This document shows positions 11,183-24,239 of a stretch of 64,000 nucleotides of DNA, piece after piece (the first letter of the stretch is position 1; every line of letters starts with the position of its first letter). Location: NCBI GenBank assembly GCA_001643675.2, contig LSRY02000014.1, positions 1,488,001 through 1,552,000 on the forward strand, read 5' to 3'. The notes beneath the pieces were generated by a model. It did no database searches and was not told the origin of the DNA. It saw nothing but the letters and a program-made list of their open reading frames with translations. Source of the stretch: Monocercomonoides exilis PA203 (lineage: Eukaryota; Protista; Preaxostyla). The translations under genes and the position numbers were made by a program.

Positions 11183-13588
11183 CAAATGCATCACAATTCA
11201 AAAATATTTTTAAAATCGATAGATGCAATATGGACAAATATGTGTTTGGATTATTTATTGCGATTTCAGTTTCAAAACTTGTTTTTCTAATTGAATTTTA
11301 ATAAGGAAAAAAAAAAAAAAACATTCAAAAACAAATTGACATTTTATCCAAATTGCAAACCAAAATAACAAAACGAACAAAACCGTCAGTTGCTCACATC
11401 TCCTCAAACAAATGTTTCCATTATTTCGATTTCAAATAACGGCAACGATCATCCTTTGACCTGTGAGCAGCTGATTGTGATCATCAAATCACTTCCATCC
11501 CAAATAAAACAAACTCCTCTTCTCAACAAATTATCAATATCCACTTATTCTTTGAAAAAGAAAATACCACAACCAAATTACAGAACACATCTCACAAACT
11601 CTTTCACAAATTCTTCCATGCAAAGAAATATCACATTCTCCTTTGATCTCTTATTTCTTTTCAATTTTTTGTTTCACATTCTCCTTTTCCTTCTCACTTT
11701 CACTGCTCTTTCATCTCCTGCTTTTCTGTCTTCTTTGTCCCCTCTGATGTGTTCTCAAAAACTGTCGAAAAGCCTTCTTCCCCACTCACAAAGCTGCCTT
11801 CCCCCTCTCTCGTGCTCCCCCATCCCTTTCACAGATCGCATCCGACATCGTCACAATCACAGCCCCTGCCGGGAAATGCCCATAAAACTCCCGCTTCATC
11901 TCGCTCAGTGTCGGACGATCGTTCCAGTCCTTTCCCATCGATGACCAAACAACCTCATACAGTTCACTCCCTCGGATCTTCTCAACATTCGGCCTCTCCC
12001 CTTTCGATATCTTATCTCCTGCCACCTCTGCCTCGTATTCTCCAAACGGGATATCCAGTGTCAGACACTCCCACAGCATCATCCCAATCGAGAATGCCAC
12101 CGACTCCTTTGTTGCTCCCATCTTCTTGTTCACCAGCAGCTCAGGCGCCTTCCACCTCAAACACTCCTTCCTGTTGTCTTCACAATCCTCAAACGCTGAT
12201 GAAGGTGGTGGTGAGTCGGTGAATCTCTCGCTCATCACTGAAACATTCGATGAGGATGAAGAAACAATGGACATCGAACAGATGGATGATGAATCAGAAT
12301 CATCTGAAGATGAGCAGTCGGAGTGGAGGGCAATGCAGATCACCATGTGCTCAGAGAACAGCACAATGTGAGGACTCAGATTGGCCAGCGAATGCAATTC
12401 TTTTTCTTCATCAAATGAATGGAGTGCTCCATTCGCCACCCAGAACAGAATCTGTGCAGCTGTCATCTCCCTCTCCTTCAAACTCCCAATCGCCATCTCT
12501 TTCTTCTCATTCCTCCCATGAAGCAGCATGAACAGTGAATCCCTCAAATCCACAATCAGCTTCTCATGTGGCGATGAACAGGCCATTGCATCCACCAAGT
12601 TCGACATGGATGAAGTGGTTGGACACAGATCCCCCCCACGAACAAATGTTGAATCTGAATCAGTTGTTGAAGTGGTTGAAGTAGATGAAATGGATGGCGA
12701 TGGAGTCTGCTTTCTTGTCTCTTCTTCCTCAACCTTCTCCAGCATCCATTGAGGGATCTTGTCTGAATCTCTTCCCAAGATGTATTCGGTTGAACCACTC
12801 TCAGAAAGAAGGTGTTCTGATGACTCAGAATGTTCCATATTCGTCTCATACACCCTCTTTTTCATCCTCTCATCGTTCTTCTTCTCCGCTTCTCTCTCTG
12901 CTCTCCGCCACTGCTCCTCAGGCGACATCTCCATCGTCACCATCTCAAATGCCTTCGGATCTTTTCTGATGTTGTCATTCACAATCTCTTGCAATTCTTC
13001 ATTTCTTTCCTTCACCTTCTTCCACCGAACAATGAATATCACGAGTGAGATTAGAATTATCAACAATATCACAACAAGCACAATCACGATAATCGGCCAA
13101 AATGATTTTCCCTCTTTCCCTCCTTCAACAATTCTGTCATCTCCCTTTTCTTTTGTTTCACTTCTGTTCTTCAGAACAAATGAATCAGTCGATGAAGGAG
13201 ATTCTTTCTTTCCAAACAGAAGACTCACACTCACTTCTGTCTCTTCTCCTGCATTATTTATTGTCTCAATGGGGACTTTTCCATCCACTTCATTTTCTGA
13301 TACACATCCTTCTTCATTGAATTCATATCTTTCCACAACATCTTCATCACCAACTTGTTTCACAATCTTGAACGATACGTTGCATGGAAGCAACAGCTTT
13401 CCCTTGAACCTCAGAAGAAGTTCTGCTCCCATCTCTTCCATTTCGACTATTTCCAACTCTGGAATGAAGAAGGATGACAATCTCTCGGTAATAATCCCGC
13501 TCAATTCACATCCTTCATTCAACATCCAAAGTGAAGTGTTTGGCAAAACTCCATCTCCTCCTTTCAGACTCATCACATTCAACACTCC
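11183..13588 (-). repeat. Right arm of 2.4-kb near-perfect inverted repeat (385-bp spacer 10798-11182)
   Basis: Identical translated peptides on opposite strands (e.g. ORFs 9608-9853 and 12126-12371). The non-coding 3' flank is mirrored as well. Confidence 0.95.
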
Positions 13589-16500
13589 AGAATTAGAACA
13601 GATGATATTTCTTCTGAGTGATGGATATTTTTCAATAGATGGATTATTGTTGTCAAACTTGCCATCTTCAATCTCTACACTTCCTCCACTTATTGCAAGT
13701 CCACCTTCTGGTGTGTTTGTTATTGTTGTATCTTTCATTTTCATATTGCAACTTATTGCTTCCAAAGTTGATCCATTCCACTTGCATATCTCATTCTCGT
13801 TGTAATTTTCATTCAAAATTCTTTCCTTCATAAATTCTCTTTCATTCGTGTTACCATCAAAAAGGCAGCTCTCAATCACTGTATTTGCACTCTCCTTCAC
13901 AGAAATGCATTTTCCTTTTCCTTCTCTATTTGTGACAAGAACATTTCTCAATGAACAATTCGTTAGCTGCACCATCTTTTTCATTTTCAAACATGATATC
14001 AACGATTCCCTATTATCAGTTGAAGTTATATTTGTTGCACTCATTTTTTCTATAGTCAACTGCTCTCCTTCAACTGTATTAACAAGGTTTGTCCCCATCG
14101 CGAGATCGAAAAAGTCACACGAAATCAAGTAAAGGATCGCAGATTGTGACATACAGACAGCTGAATTAGAAAGCGAAAGATCTGACACCACACAGCTTTC
14201 AAGCAAGCATTCACCTCTCTCAATTCGCACTATGCAAAATGGAATATTCGCTTGCACTTGATCTCCCATTCCCTCTGTGACTTTGGTGCCGAATGTGCAG
14301 TTTGTCACTTCCAGCAATCCTCCTTCAGGGAAAAGAAGAAAAGAATGTGATGAAACAAACCCAGATTCAAACACAAATTTCAGTCTTGAAATTGACACAG
14401 CTCCTGTTGTTTCTATCAGAGCCTCTCTGGAACATTTGATTGAAGAGCACACTTCCACATTGCACATTTCTCTCCCTCGAGAACTGATACCCATCTCTTC
14501 CAGCCGCAATTCCCCGTTGATCACACTTGCTCCATCTGCAAACACAAGGCTCATGAACTCTGATGTCAGGTGCATCAGCCCATAATCAATTGAATAGCAA
14601 GGAAGAGTGTACGTGCCACACTGGCGCTCATTCGACCCATTCATGCTCGACACAATAATCGTATCGCTCTGATGGATTGTGATGAAATCGATCAAGTTTG
14701 TATCTCCAGTGTGCTCAGTCACATCAGCCCCATATATCGCATTCAGCTGAACATAATACTTCTCTCTCAGATCGAAATGAAATTGCGTTTCATTAATCTG
14801 GCTCGTGATGTTGTAGCACTCAACAAAAATATCATTCCCTACGCCTGCTGTGTTTGCACCCCAATTCATCTTCTCAAACACAAAATTCAGCCTTCCTGTT
14901 TCTCTGCTCCTAAAATACACTCCTCCTCCTTTCCCGCTCTGGCTGCAACAGCACCGACTTATCGTCGACCTCGAAATGCGAAATGCCCCAGACCCACTTA
15001 ACACAAATAGCATCACTCCGCCTTTCTCACTTGCTTCTGCTTTGTTGTCCTCAAACAAACTGTCCTCAATCCTCAGCTCAATTCCACTCTCTCCTTTCAT
15101 CTCACACACACTTGCTCCATCATCGTTTCTTTTCATCCACAAAAGAGCAATTCTCAATCAAAATGCTGCTCATTTCTTTCCCATAGTTTGTGCATATTTG
15201 CTCCTCAGTTTCCTTCACTGTGAAAACACATCCTTCGGTTTCATTCAGAGATGAGCAATGAACACTCTCCATGGTACAAGCAACACCGACTTCATTGATC
15301 ACAAAAACACTGCTCCCAACACTGCTGGAGTCCATCAACAAATCTTTCACAACCAGTTCTCCTGCATTCATCTCCACAAACACGCATCTGCTTGGAGTGA
15401 TTTGCTGAGCATCTGAGCGAAATGAGCATCCAGTCATTTCCAACTTCCCAGCTCTATTTGCAACTGCAGTTCTACAAACACAATCAATTCCAGTTCTCAA
15501 GTGAAGTGCAATGTCTGTGAACGAAAGTGTTTTCTGATTCACCAAATAGCAATCCAGTCCATCTTCAACTGCATTCTCCAAAAACAGCACAGCCTTTTCA
15601 TTTTCTTCACCCATTGTCCCAGCTTTTTCAAACTTGAAGCTGGACACATTGAATGAATCTTGAATGATGGTTGATCCTTCAATCTGAATTGTTTTCATTT
15701 CTTCTCCGTCTTTCATGTTTTTCATTCCTTTCCAAAGTGTTCTGCATGGCTCTTCCTTGCTTCCACATCGGGCCACATCAAATCCATTCGATGAGATAAA
15801 TATCTCAAATGAGCTGTATGGAACGAGGAACATAAACAAATCTTTGTCTGAATGAATGTTGTCGCTCCCAACAAACAGCAATCCGTCTTCCTTCATCCTC
15901 TCATAATCAAACCTGAATGAATCCGCCCTCACTGTGCTGTTCAAATCAGCTGCCAAAATAAACACATTCTTTCCTATTTCTGCTCTGTTCTTGTCAAACT
16001 TCACACCAACATCCAGAAGCAAAGGCATGCTGTTGCTGCTGCTGCAATTCTGGCAATTCAAAAACAAAAACCCTCCTCTACCGCGATCAGCTGATAGCGA
16101 GCAGACTGATGCATTAATATCCTTGACCGCAACATATTCTTCTTCTTTCAATATCACATTCATCACACCCCCTTCATTGCCTCTGGTATTCTCTATTTGA
16201 GAGAAGTTGCAACGCTCAAGCTCCAGCGAAGATGAAACCACAAACGGAGAAATAGAAAACAGGCAACATTGCAGTGAGCACCCTATCATCGAGCATGTCC
16301 CATTCGTTGTTTTCACAAGCGAGAATTCAACCACGTCTGCCACCATCACGATAAAAGTGCAATTCTCAAATCGAAGCTTTCCGCTCGACAAGATAAGTGA
16401 CACCAATTTCGCCTCAAATGATGAAGGAATTTCAAGCTTCAGCGAAAGCAAACTGAGTGAATTGCTCGAAGCAATCACTGAAGTCATGCCACTTCCAGTT

Positions 16501-19500
16501 GTTGAGCTGGCAAAGTGAATGAGCTTCCATTTCACCTCTTCCTCTTCATTCACATGACCATCAAAAGCCACCTCTTCATCAAACATGAAGCAATCTTCAA
16601 CTCTGCTTTCATCCATCACAACCAGTCTCCTTTCAGTTCCCTCTTCATTCCCACCAATATGGTTAATCCCACTCCACACAGAACAACAAGGAAAAATCTC
16701 GCTTCCACACCCAGCTGCATCATATCCCTCTGAAGACACAAACACTTCCTCCGCCTTTCTTTCAATAAGAAACAACCGAAGATCCACACTTTCTTCAAAC
16801 CGATCTTGATCCCTTCCTTTCATATCAACAAACACTCCTTCTTCATCCTCATACTCAAATCCAAACCTCGCACTTGTCACCGTTTCGTTCAGTTTCTTGC
16901 ATGAGACAAACAAATCCTTCCCTTCAAACGCTTTGTTGCCTTTGAATTGCACTTCTGAAAATCTGATGTTGTTCTCGCTTTCATCCAACACATCCAAATA
17001 CACTCCTCCTCCTCTTCCTTCATTTTCATCTGCTGCACATTTCATAAAAGATACAGCTTCAACTTTGATTTGATCATTCATTCCCAATTCGCATCTGATG
17101 CATCCACCTCGCATGCTTTCAGTTTGAACATCCTCAAAAGAGCTCTCTTCATTGATGCTCAATTTGGCTCCTTTTTTCGATTCCAAGAATGAACCCAACC
17201 CCACAATGCATTTCGTAACTGTTGAATTTTGCAAGGACACATCAGATCCTGCTTCATTCATAACAAGTCCAACACCGTTTGTGTGCATATCATCGATTGT
17301 GCAGTTTTCAAAAGCTGTGCTTCCACCGCTGCACGTTGCAATCCCACTTCCTGCAAAATGCACTCCTTTCATCACAGCCCTGTCAAAATGAACGAATCCT
17401 CCTTTCGCAGCAACAATCCATTTCCCACATTCATTTTGCGCACTTCCACAGCCAGAAAATGAACAATCAACAAAAGTGCATTGCCCCACCCTCACTTCCA
17501 CAACTGACTGTTTTTCTGCTGGATTTATCGGTGCTCGCGGAAGAACAAACTCAAGAATTGAAAAAATTAAATATGTCAATGCTTCACCCGCTGTTTGCTC
17601 AAATTTTCCTTCCTCCCCAACAACCATTTTCTGTGCCTCATCATTCCCTTGCATCGTCAGTGATTTTCCATTTCTATTGATTATCCCATTCACTTCTGCC
17701 TCCCCTTCCAGCTGCATGATCGCATGCTCATCCTTCATCCGAGAAAACCCCACATCAACTGACAAGCAAGGGTTTTCCTTCAATCCACAGTTCTGCCCGT
17801 CGTTCCCTGTTCCATCCACAAACATATACGATCCCAAAGATGGGAACAAATAGCTTATGATAGACCCTTCCTTGCTTGCATCAGAAAGCTCTTCAACCCA
17901 CATCAGCTTCTGAACTGTCGCGTTCGTGGCTGTCCCATACCACAATGTCGGAAGAAGCATCAGCCACGGTGACTCACACACCAGATACACATCATCTCCC
18001 TTTTCTGCCACGCTGTTTCTGAACTCATTGTTTTTCATCGAATATGTGATGTTCGTGCTCTCAAACCTCACATACAGCCCTCCTCCCTTTCCACTTCCAG
18101 ATGGCACAGCGCACTTGTCCATCTTATTGCACTCAAACATAAACTTCCCTCCTTCTCTCACAATCATCACCATTCCTCCTCCCATCGAACCATCTGCCTC
18201 ACAACCACACTTCTCAAAAGTGCAGTTTGTAATCTCAATGCATTCTCCATTTTTCACATTCCCATTCATCACCCCTCCATTTCCATTACTCCTCGTTATC
18301 TCCAAAAATGTGTTGTTCTTCATCGTCAGGCTCATTCCACATCCCTCCTCTCCATTTCCAATCACAATCATATTCCCATCAGGAAATTCTGTCTCTTTCA
18401 GCATTGAGTTTGCAATCACTACTTCCTTCCCCTGCTTCAATTCCACCACACTCCCTCCTCCTTCCCTTGTAGTATTCCTAATTGTCACTTCATCAATCAG
18501 ACCTTCCACACCAACACCATCAATCACAATCATCCCTTTTTCAAGTGTGAGAAAGTTGAAATATTCACATCTCACCATCTCAATCTTTCCTCCTTTGCAA
18601 TAAACACATGTAACTTCAACTATCCCTTCTTCGGCTGAAAATGAGCATCCTTCAATTCTCAAAACATTGCCACTGCACAGAAACACACTTTCCTTTGTCG
18701 AGTCTGCAAACCTTGAAACAACAAATGCCAAATTGTTAAACTTCACGTTTTGCATTGTTTCAATCATGCTTTCCTTTTCACTCTCTCCTTCACCTGATTC
18801 ATTCACAACAACTTGCTGCATCTGCATCTCTCCGTCAATCATCATTGCCTGTGAATCAACAACAATTTCCTCTTCAATTGAGAAAGAAGACATGAGACGC
18901 AGTACTGCCAATGATGTTCCAAACAAGGCTTTCCCTGCATATTTCAGTGTGCTGCACGGAAAATCAAAATACCCACATTTTGCGTGATCCATTCCTCCAT
19001 CTCTCCCATGAACATATCCAATTGTGGGCTTTTCGCGAAACAGCACCACAAGCGGAATCAGCTGTCCGATATTTCCATTTTCCATTCCCATCAACTCTTG
19101 CAAACCCGGATTCTTGTCAACTACAATCTCAAACGAAAAATTGAACGATGATTCATTCACAAGCTCTGACAAGCTCTCACACTCTATCATCACATTTTTG
19201 CCTCCAAAGCTTGCTGAATTAGCTGCCTCTTCCGTTCCAAAAGTCAACTTCGTCATAACAAAATCTCTTCCCCCTTCTTCACACCTCAGCATAGCTCCTC
19301 CTCCATATCCTCCAACTGATCCTTCACCAATGGCTGAACACTTCCCAAAATATGTCTCACACTCCGAACTTCCCAGCCGCATCACTCCTGTTCCTTTCAG
19401 CACCACACTTATTCCTCCCCCGCATCCCTTTGATGTTCCACAGCCTTCAATCTCAACATCATAAACACTCATCCTGCACTCATCACCAATCACTCCATTC

Positions 19501-22500
19501 ACAACACTTCCATTCCCTTCCAATTCATTCACCCCCTGAAATGAGCTGTTTGCAATCGAAAGATCCCTTCCTTCTCTGTCACAAATGAATCCGCAATTTT
19601 TGTTTCCACAGCTTTGTGCTGTCACATTAGCCAGTGAAAGTGAATTCTCGGAGGTGTACTCAATTAGACCATTTGCATCCATCATCTGCGCATCACTGAT
19701 AAAGACACTGTTCATCAATGTTTTTCCATTTCCTTTCAAGCGCAGGATGGGAGCTGATGCAAACTGCACAGCTTTTATCCTCAACCCTGCAACAGAAAGA
19801 CTTCCACTTTGAAGGTGAATGAACAAATAATTGCACTGAATCACAGAAGGCTCACATTCAATTACACAATTTTCAATTTGCAGCTCTCCACCAGCTCCTG
19901 ATACTTGAAATACACTTGTTTGAACAGATGAAAGCGATCCAGGAAGAACAAGCACAAACAGCTCAAACTTGACTCTCGAAAATACTTCAATCACACATTC
20001 ACTTTCAGTCTCATTCCCCTTCATTTCCATCCTCGTTCTTGTTGTAACCCCACAAAACTCGTATCCTTCACTTTCGTTCAGTATCACATTCTCTGAAAAT
20101 GAATACGTTTCTCCAAATCGCACTTTTCTTTCTTTCCCAAACACTCTCTTCAATGCGCAATCAACTGTTTGGCATCTGAACTCTTCAAATCCACACGCAA
20201 CAACATCCACTCCACTGTTGCTCATGAACATCGACTCAGGATCGTCTGCAAGGTAATATTTCAATGGAATGATCAAATCTCCCCACTTTGAGTCAATCCC
20301 CATCGCCAACGAGCTGAGATCAGAAATGTGAATTGGAAATTGAATCTGTTCTTTTCTCACGCTTGTTGCCAAATCTGGAGATTGCGCAAATAGATCGGCT
20401 CCATGCTCTGCCTCGTTTAATCTGAAACCAAGTGTTTCTGACAGCTCAAATCTTGCCTCAGAATCCAAAAGATGAAGAAGCATCCCTCCTCCTCGCCCAT
20501 TCGCTCCGCTTTCTGAGGGTGCACTGCATTCTTCAAATGTAGTCGATGAAACATACAGCTCGCTCGCCTTTCCCAACACCGCACACATTCCTCCTCCTCC
20601 ATTTCCATTTCCACCCACTCTGCATCCTTTCAACGAGCAGTTCTCAACATCAACAACAAATCTGCTTGCCTCATCTGTTTGAAAAGAAACGCAAGCACCA
20701 TTCCCAGATGATCTCGTGATGTTATCAAATGATGTGTTCTTCAGCTTCAACAACGAACACGCCTCAATGTGAATCATTCCACTCTTCTCCAAAGCACAAT
20801 TCCCAAACGAGCAATTCTGGATTGCTGCTGAACTGCTTGTGGTCATTCTGATCACTCCTCCACTCCCGCTTACTCTCACATTGTTCATCGTTAATTGATC
20901 AATTGTGCATTTCGCACTTCCATCCACAAGCACCATGAAACTTTCAAACAACACCTCTCTCTCATCACCACATCTCAGCCTCAGCATCTGCATATACCCA
21001 CCGCTCGCTCTGGAAAATGCATACCCAATCTCATTAGCATTGCCAATCCCATCAATTGCACAGTCAATAATTCTCATGTCTCCTCCCAATGAATATACAA
21101 ATGTGGAACGCCCTGAAATCGATTGCCCCAGCTCAAAGGTGATGTTTGTGAGTGTTGTCGTCACATTGTTTTTCACCAACCAGTCGTGCCCTTTTGGCTC
21201 TGTTGTCTCCACTCGCAATCCAATAGCTTTGTCACTCGAATCCATCTCATATAACTGCTCGCTCAAAATTATTTCCTCCTCAAATCCAAATATACCCGCA
21301 AGCCTCACAACTCGTTTCGAGTTGGGAAACCGATACTCAGCAGCTTTTTCAATTGTATTGCACGGGTAATCAGCAAAACCGCACAGTCTGAAATCATTTC
21401 CATTTGCTTTCCCACTCACATGTGCAGGTGATTGAAAAGTTCGCAGAAACAAGGCAAGTGGAATGATCATCTCAGGATTATCTCTTTCAATTCCGCTCAA
21501 CTCACTGAAGTCTGTCGCATTAATCCCAATTTGGGGATGAAATCCAATTGAAGTGCTGTTGATCACAGCTGATAAAACCTGTGCTTCCACAAACACATTC
21601 TTTCCCTTCCAAGCATCACATTCATCAAAGAAGCAAAGCTCAATCCTGAAACTGCATTCGTTGCTCAGGCAAGTCAGATGCATCGCCCCTCCTTTTCCTT
21701 TCTTTGATTCATCAGCAGGTGATGAACATGACTCAAACCCGACATTTGAATTGTCTCCAATTCGCAATTCGCTTCCTGTTTGCATCGAAAAATGCATTCC
21801 TCCTCCATTGCCATTTGCACAAGAGCAGCTTTTCAGCGTTGTGTTTGATAAGCCAAAAGAGCTTCCAGCATCCAATGAACTGGAGAAAACAGACCCACTT
21901 CCAGTGGTTCTTGTGATATTCTCAAAGGTCACATTCACTATTCTTGGAGAACTTCTCGAAGACAGTTCAACTTCACTGAAGATTGGCGCTGAAAGAACCA
22001 TATTCCGAATCTCCACATTTCTCAGTGAAATGCAATTCATATTCAACACAAACGGTGATGAATCAATTTCGCTCCCTCCTGACTCAGATCCTGGGGATAA
22101 AATGAGAACATCAGACAAAGAAAGCACTCCTGCGGAAGAGCTCACCACAAAAAGTCGTGGAGATGGATGTGCTGTTGAATCATGTTGGATTTGAATTGCT
22201 GTTATCATCAAACTCCCACTCGACACGCTGAATAAAACTGAAGAGGCTTCCAACGATTGTGTTCGAACAATTGAGTTAAGATGGCTTTCCCCAGAAACTT
22301 CAATGTGCTTTTCTCCACAGTCAATCGAAACAAGCGGAACAAACATGGAAGTCAACAGCTTCACTCCTTGAACTGTGGCATATCCTGAATTGCTCACAGC
22401 TCTTTCAATCGTTTTGCAAGGCTTGTCTTCCGATTTCCCACAAAGCAACTCAGCATCACTTCCGTTGCTGGAAACATAACGCTTCAACAACCCCTTTCCA

Positions 22501-24239
22501 AGCCAGAAATCATAATCTGTTTGACTGCCATTAAACCAAACTCTTTGGCATTCTGTGGTTGTGAAGGATAATTCAAATGGAAAGTCAATCAAATTTGGAT
22601 AAACAACGTAAACATCATGTCCATTTCCATTTCCTGCAGTGTTTCCATCAAAAACGCAATATTTCATAAAAATAAAATGTTCACCAATTTGCATGCTTTT
22701 GTACTGATATAATTGAAATGCCCCACCATCATTTCCAGCTGTATTCCCCTGAAATGCAGATTCTTTCAACAGAAACGAAGTGTCAATTTCGTATTCCACT
22801 AATAAGGCTCCTGCGGAAGATCCTGCTTTGTTCTTAAAAAATGTGCATTTATCAACTAAAAATGGATCAACTTTCATTCCATCTCTACCAAAAATCATCA
22901 CTAACCTCATAGCACCTGCATAATGGTCGCTAGAGTTGCAATTATCAAAAAGGCATCCAGAGATCAATATAAAACCCTCTGAAAAATTATGACATTGAAG
23001 AGCACCAACTCCGTTTGAAGTTGAATAGCAACAAGAAAAATTAGAATCTTGGACAGTCAATCCGCAAGCAGCTTCTGCATATACAGCACCAATATGAGGA
23101 GCTGTGCAACTTCACGTATACATGTTGATAGTTGTTTATAAACAAACAAAATGAAGAAATATCATCAAATGAATAAAAAGAAATGGAAAAAATTAAAGAA
23201 TGAAATTATAAATCTTTATCATTTGTTAAATTATATAAAAAGCATACGAAATAAACTCACATCTTCTTACAGTTAATTTAACTTTCAAATGTGACACATA
23301 AATTCCTCCACCATAATCGAAAGAAATGCATCCATCAAATGTGTCATCTTCAAATGTTTCTGATTGGGTCAGAACTTGGTGCCCAGATTCTCCTGAATAG
23401 TATGCATTAGCATTTGCATTGCTTTTGCATCGTTGATATGTGTTGTTGGATGAGCACAATGTTGTGCCTTCAGTGTTTATTGATCGAATAACACCTCCAT
23501 AAAACACATCGCAAACTTCGCAGAACGAGCATCCTGAAATCGAATTCAAACTCTCTGAAATAGAAGAAGGAATTCTGATTGTTTGTGCTGAAGCGATCGA
23601 AATGTTGCAAAATGAAGATCTTGCCAAATCCACGTTTTCTTTTCCTGATGAAGAAAGAAATGGAGAAGATAGCAGTTGCAGAGACGAAAAAGCAGAATTC
23701 GATATACTCACTCTGTTTGATGTTTCGTATGTTAAAAACGCTTCAACCGAATGGGAAGCTATCAATGAAGGAATGCATTGTTCAGTGGAAGATGTTGTGA
23801 GTGAAATGTTCTCACAACACAAGCAACCACCAGTTTGCGCGAATGGAGGAATGCATCTTTTTGCTGAATGTTTCATCGAGCAATAGCTCAAAGACACAGA
23901 AGATTCGTTGATGAAAAACACTGAATTTTTCTCTCTTACACAAATCTCAACATTCCATGCTGAAAAAGTGGAATTCATAATGTGCATGCTCACATCAATT
24001 CGAGTTGAACTCCCGCAGCATTGACTCTCTCTCCCATCATTTTTCTCCACATCTCCTGGTGGATTGTCGTTATTGTGCAGCATCTGCAAAGAATTTGGGG
24101 GAATAAAAAGAAGCAAATTTGATGTTTCCCTTGCTTCCTCACTCTCCTTTGGTCTGAAATTATCCATCAAACCTCCACATGTCGCCATTTTGGTAATAAA
24201 AGGCAGAAGCACAGCAAACAGATAATTTGATGCTTTCAT
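11700..24239 (-). CDS. Giant receptor-like paralog 'gene 2' (~4130 aa if two frameshifts are corrected; may be a pseudogene)
   Basis: ATG at 24239 (MKASNYLFAVLLPF). Intron 23110-23247 (GTATGC...AAG) joins ORF 23226-24260 to ORF 15120-23060 in frame (CEFIS/CTAPHIG). A frameshift at ~15137 links to ORF 11786-15157. A 1-nt deletion at ~11817-11821 alters the last residues (current stop 11786; gene-1-equivalent stop 11700). Eight CG..PC modules, TM and kinase-like tail. Confidence 0.8.

Noticed and set aside
9757-12222. ORFs 9757-10590 (-) and 11390-11944/11749-12222 (+) as a separate duplicated gene
   Set aside because: They start at TTG or internally in 3' flank DNA and run antisense to the receptor tails. 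They are explained by the inverted repeat.
3080-22194. Many 60-390-aa ORFs antisense to or overlapping the giant genes (also 45219-53064)
   Set aside because: Shadow ORFs from codon bias on the opposite strand. They have no independent motifs, and the duplicated ones simply reflect the inverted repeat.
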